The translations under genes and the position numbers were made by a program. From NCBI GenBank assembly GCA_965206845.1, contig OZ242221.1:288001-352000 (forward strand): a DNA stretch of 64,000 bases. Direction: 5' to 3'. Below the pieces are notes generated by a model that searched no databases, was not told where the DNA came from, and was given only the letters and a program-made list of their open reading frames with translations. Positions within the stretch are counted from its first letter, which is position 1; every line of letters starts with the position of its first letter. The stretch is from Cenarchaeum sp. Lineage in GTDB: Archaea; Thermoproteota; Nitrososphaeria; Nitrososphaerales; Nitrosopumilaceae. This document shows positions 61,796-64,000 of the stretch, piece by piece.

Positions 61796-61984
61796 ATGGC
61801 AAGAGAGATGGCCTGCAGAAAGTGCAAGCATGTAACAATAGGCAAGGTATGCCCCGCCTGCAAGTCGTCTGATCTGACGCCGGACTGGGAGGGAATCGTG
61901 CTGATAATCAACCCCACGGGATCCCAGATAGCGCAGACCCTGGGAATTACCGCAAAGGGCAAGTACGCGCTAAAAGTGACATAG
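61796..61984 (+). CDS. spt4: Transcription elongation factor Spt4 (RpoE'')
   Basis: ACRKC, CPAC, W.G and GKYALKV motifs, immediately after rpoE1. Confidence 0.95.
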   Translation: MAREMACRKCKHVTIGKVCPACKSSDLTPDWEGIVLIINPTGSQIAQTLGITAKGKYALKVT

Positions 61985-62576
61985 GACATGTCGCGCGTAT
62001 CGAGTTTGGTCATTTGCCGATGTGCCATGGCAACATGCTATCCAGACAAAACATGAGTAATGGGCCGGATGGAGTTTGCACTTGGTGCAAATTTTAGTTC
62101 CGCTGCTCGGAGTTGTGGCGACAGTGTGCATCTGCGATCCAGGCAGGTAGCGACCAGGCGCAGGCGCACGCACGAGTGGGATGGCCGTTGCCGCGGACAC
62201 CATGCCTGCCAGAATAAGTAATATGAAGCGGATCCCGGCGTATGGTGGATGCCTACAGGTAAGAGAAAGGAGTGCCCCATGTGCGGACATGTGATGATCG
62301 ACATACGGGGCTGATCAGGTCACTTTTGGGTTAACCGGTAAGAGTTGGGCGAAAAAGGGTCGATTTTTAATTACGAACCATGTCTCTGCTCTCTTTTGGC
62401 GTATGATCCACCTAGCTTTTGACCCGTCTGGTTTTTTCATGACTCTGGCGCGGTGTATGCCGATATGCCTCCATCTCTTTGCGTACCGGGGCATATGCAG
62501 GTGTAGGTGGTTTCCGGACCTGAGCATATACTTCCAATATCGGACAATTCTTTATATATATCCGTATCTTCCTTTT

Positions 62577-62706
62577 AACTTTGTTTCCCAATCCAAACAT
62601 TTCGCACTTTTACGATTAATTTAGTCCGTAAACAGTGTCAAGTCACACGAGAACCGTGTTCTTTGTGGCAACTCAGGTGCGTTTATCGAAATTGGGAAAC
62701 AAAGTT
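62577..62706. mobile_element. MITE family 2 (130 bp)
   Basis: Perfect 16-bp TIRs AACTTTGTTTCCCAAT and an 8-bp TSD TTCCTTTT (62569-62576, 62707-62714). Confidence 0.85.
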
Positions 62707-62775
62707 TTCCTTTTTAGTGTGTTGCATAATTCCCCCTGCTCGCTTAGAACATGCACGGGCCCTGCATATTTTGGA

Positions 62776-63960
62776 CTACACCGCACCTGCCCCCATGTCT
62801 ACCAGCTTGTTGTACGTGGCCACCTTGATCCTGACTTCCTGCACCATGTTCTTCCACTTTAGCGAGTACAGGTGCTCGCCGAACATCCGCTTGAATGCAG
62901 AGAACACGATCTCCACCAGCCATCTCTTGCCGTACTCGACCTTCTTTTTCCATTCCCCCCGGAAGCGCCTTTTCTCGTCGTCTGACATCTTCCACACGTG
63001 GCTGTCAGCAGATCCGCCAAGCTGCTTCCTGACTGCGATCCCCCATGCGTCGCCGGTCCCTTTCCCGCGCGCCGTCGAGTTTACCCTGAGCTTGATGCGC
63101 GAATTCACGTCGCGATCCCCGCATGCAGTCACGCTGCTTCTGGAAGCGTAAGCGGCATCTCCGTACAGGCAGCATCCTGCACCTGCCGGCCCGGCGGCGG
63201 AATCCTGAGATGTGATTCGTAATTAGCACGCAGGCACATTAGAGCACGATCTTTGGCATAATCATACGAAAGTTGCATGCTTTGGAGCGCACATCTGTAA
63301 GATTATGGGCATCGAAGACCCGATTCTTAATTGCGGATCATGTCTCTGCGCCTGACCTGTCCGTGCCGCAGCCTCCAAGGCCTCGTCAAGCAGCGGAATG
63401 AGCATCGGCGAGTCTCCGGTTCTGTCGTCGGTGACCTGGACTGCCAGTATCTTCTTCGTGTCCACGTCCACCATCACGTGGAGCTTGACGAATCCTCTCC
63501 GGACCTTCCATTTGTGCCTGATCCACTCTCCCCTGTTGTGCTGCTTTAGGCCAGTGGAGTCAACTGCGAGGCGGACCGGCACTGTCCCGCCGCCCGTGAC
63601 GGTAAACACGCTGCCATTCCTTTTGACCTCCAATGCCTGGAACCTTCTGTATATTGTGGTGTAACAAGGCGTGTCCCAGTCACCGAGCGTCTCAATCAGC
63701 ATTCCCTGCAGGTGCCTGTACGGCAGTCCTGTCATCGATTTTACCGCCGCCAGGGCCGCAAACAGTGACTCGGCGTACTGGAACGGCGCGCCCACCTTGT
63801 TCCTGTTAGCGGCCATCATCTCCTCGTGCCTTTGCGGATCGTCCCGGATGATCAACGCTTGGCCGCGCTTGACGTATTTCTCGTTGTCAGTCATCAGCAA
63901 TCTGTGTCTGATCCACTGATCCTTAGCTTTTTCGGTCTCGGACGGAGTGGGGATATTCAC
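62776..63960 (-). pseudogene. IS5-family transposase disrupted by MITE
   Basis: VDSTG, KLH and YGKRWLVEIVFS motifs. Removing the MITE and one CAG restores ...GQAQDSAAGPAGAGCCLYGDAAY... in frame. Confidence 0.92.
63208..63345 (-). mobile_element. MITE family 1, copy 4
   Basis: 138 bp in reverse orientation with CTG direct repeats. Confidence 0.93.
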
Positions 63961-64000
63961 GGTAATGTACTAGGAGGAATTATGCAACACACTAACATGT

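Larger units (their letters stand above)
62715..63994 (-). mobile_element. IS5-family element interrupted by MITE family 1
   Basis: Perfect inverted ends TAGTGTGTTGCATAATTCC / GGAATTATGCAACACACTA. The outer TA may be the TSD. Confidence 0.88.

Noticed and set aside
62038-62304. 88-aa and 106-aa ORFs downstream of spt4
   Set aside because: No recognisable motifs, in a degraded mobile-element-rich zone.

Overview
This window is chromosomal DNA of an ammonia-oxidising archaeon (Nitrososphaerota/Thaumarchaeota, probably a GC-rich Cenarchaeum-like Nitrosopumilaceae member). The assignment is inferred from gene content: archaeal RpoE'/Spt4, EF-1beta, CDC48, Pth2, TruD, cupredoxins and AOA-type small proteins. 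The backbone is housekeeping genes plus tRNA-Thr(UGU) and a urea-utilisation cluster. That cluster has two SSS/DUR3-type transporters, ureCBA and divergent ureE-ureG-ureD, with no intact ureF. Mobile DNA is heavy. (i) An intact IS5-family element at 13692-14920 has a 9-bp TSD. (ii) A four-level IS nest at 42694-52373 runs IS630 > ISH3 > IS630 composite transposon with AT-rich cargo > second ISH3, with two MITE copies added. (iii) A 138-bp MITE occurs four times with CWG TSDs. (iv) A second 130-bp MITE and a MITE-interrupted IS5 element lie at the right end. The most unusual signals are a ~215-nt putative structured ncRNA divergent from hppA, IS630-type elements bounded by an asymmetric CGCA repeat outside their TA ends, a hypervariable non-coding end segment in otherwise near-identical IS copies, and the AT-rich cargo. 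All calls were made by eye; no database searches were run.
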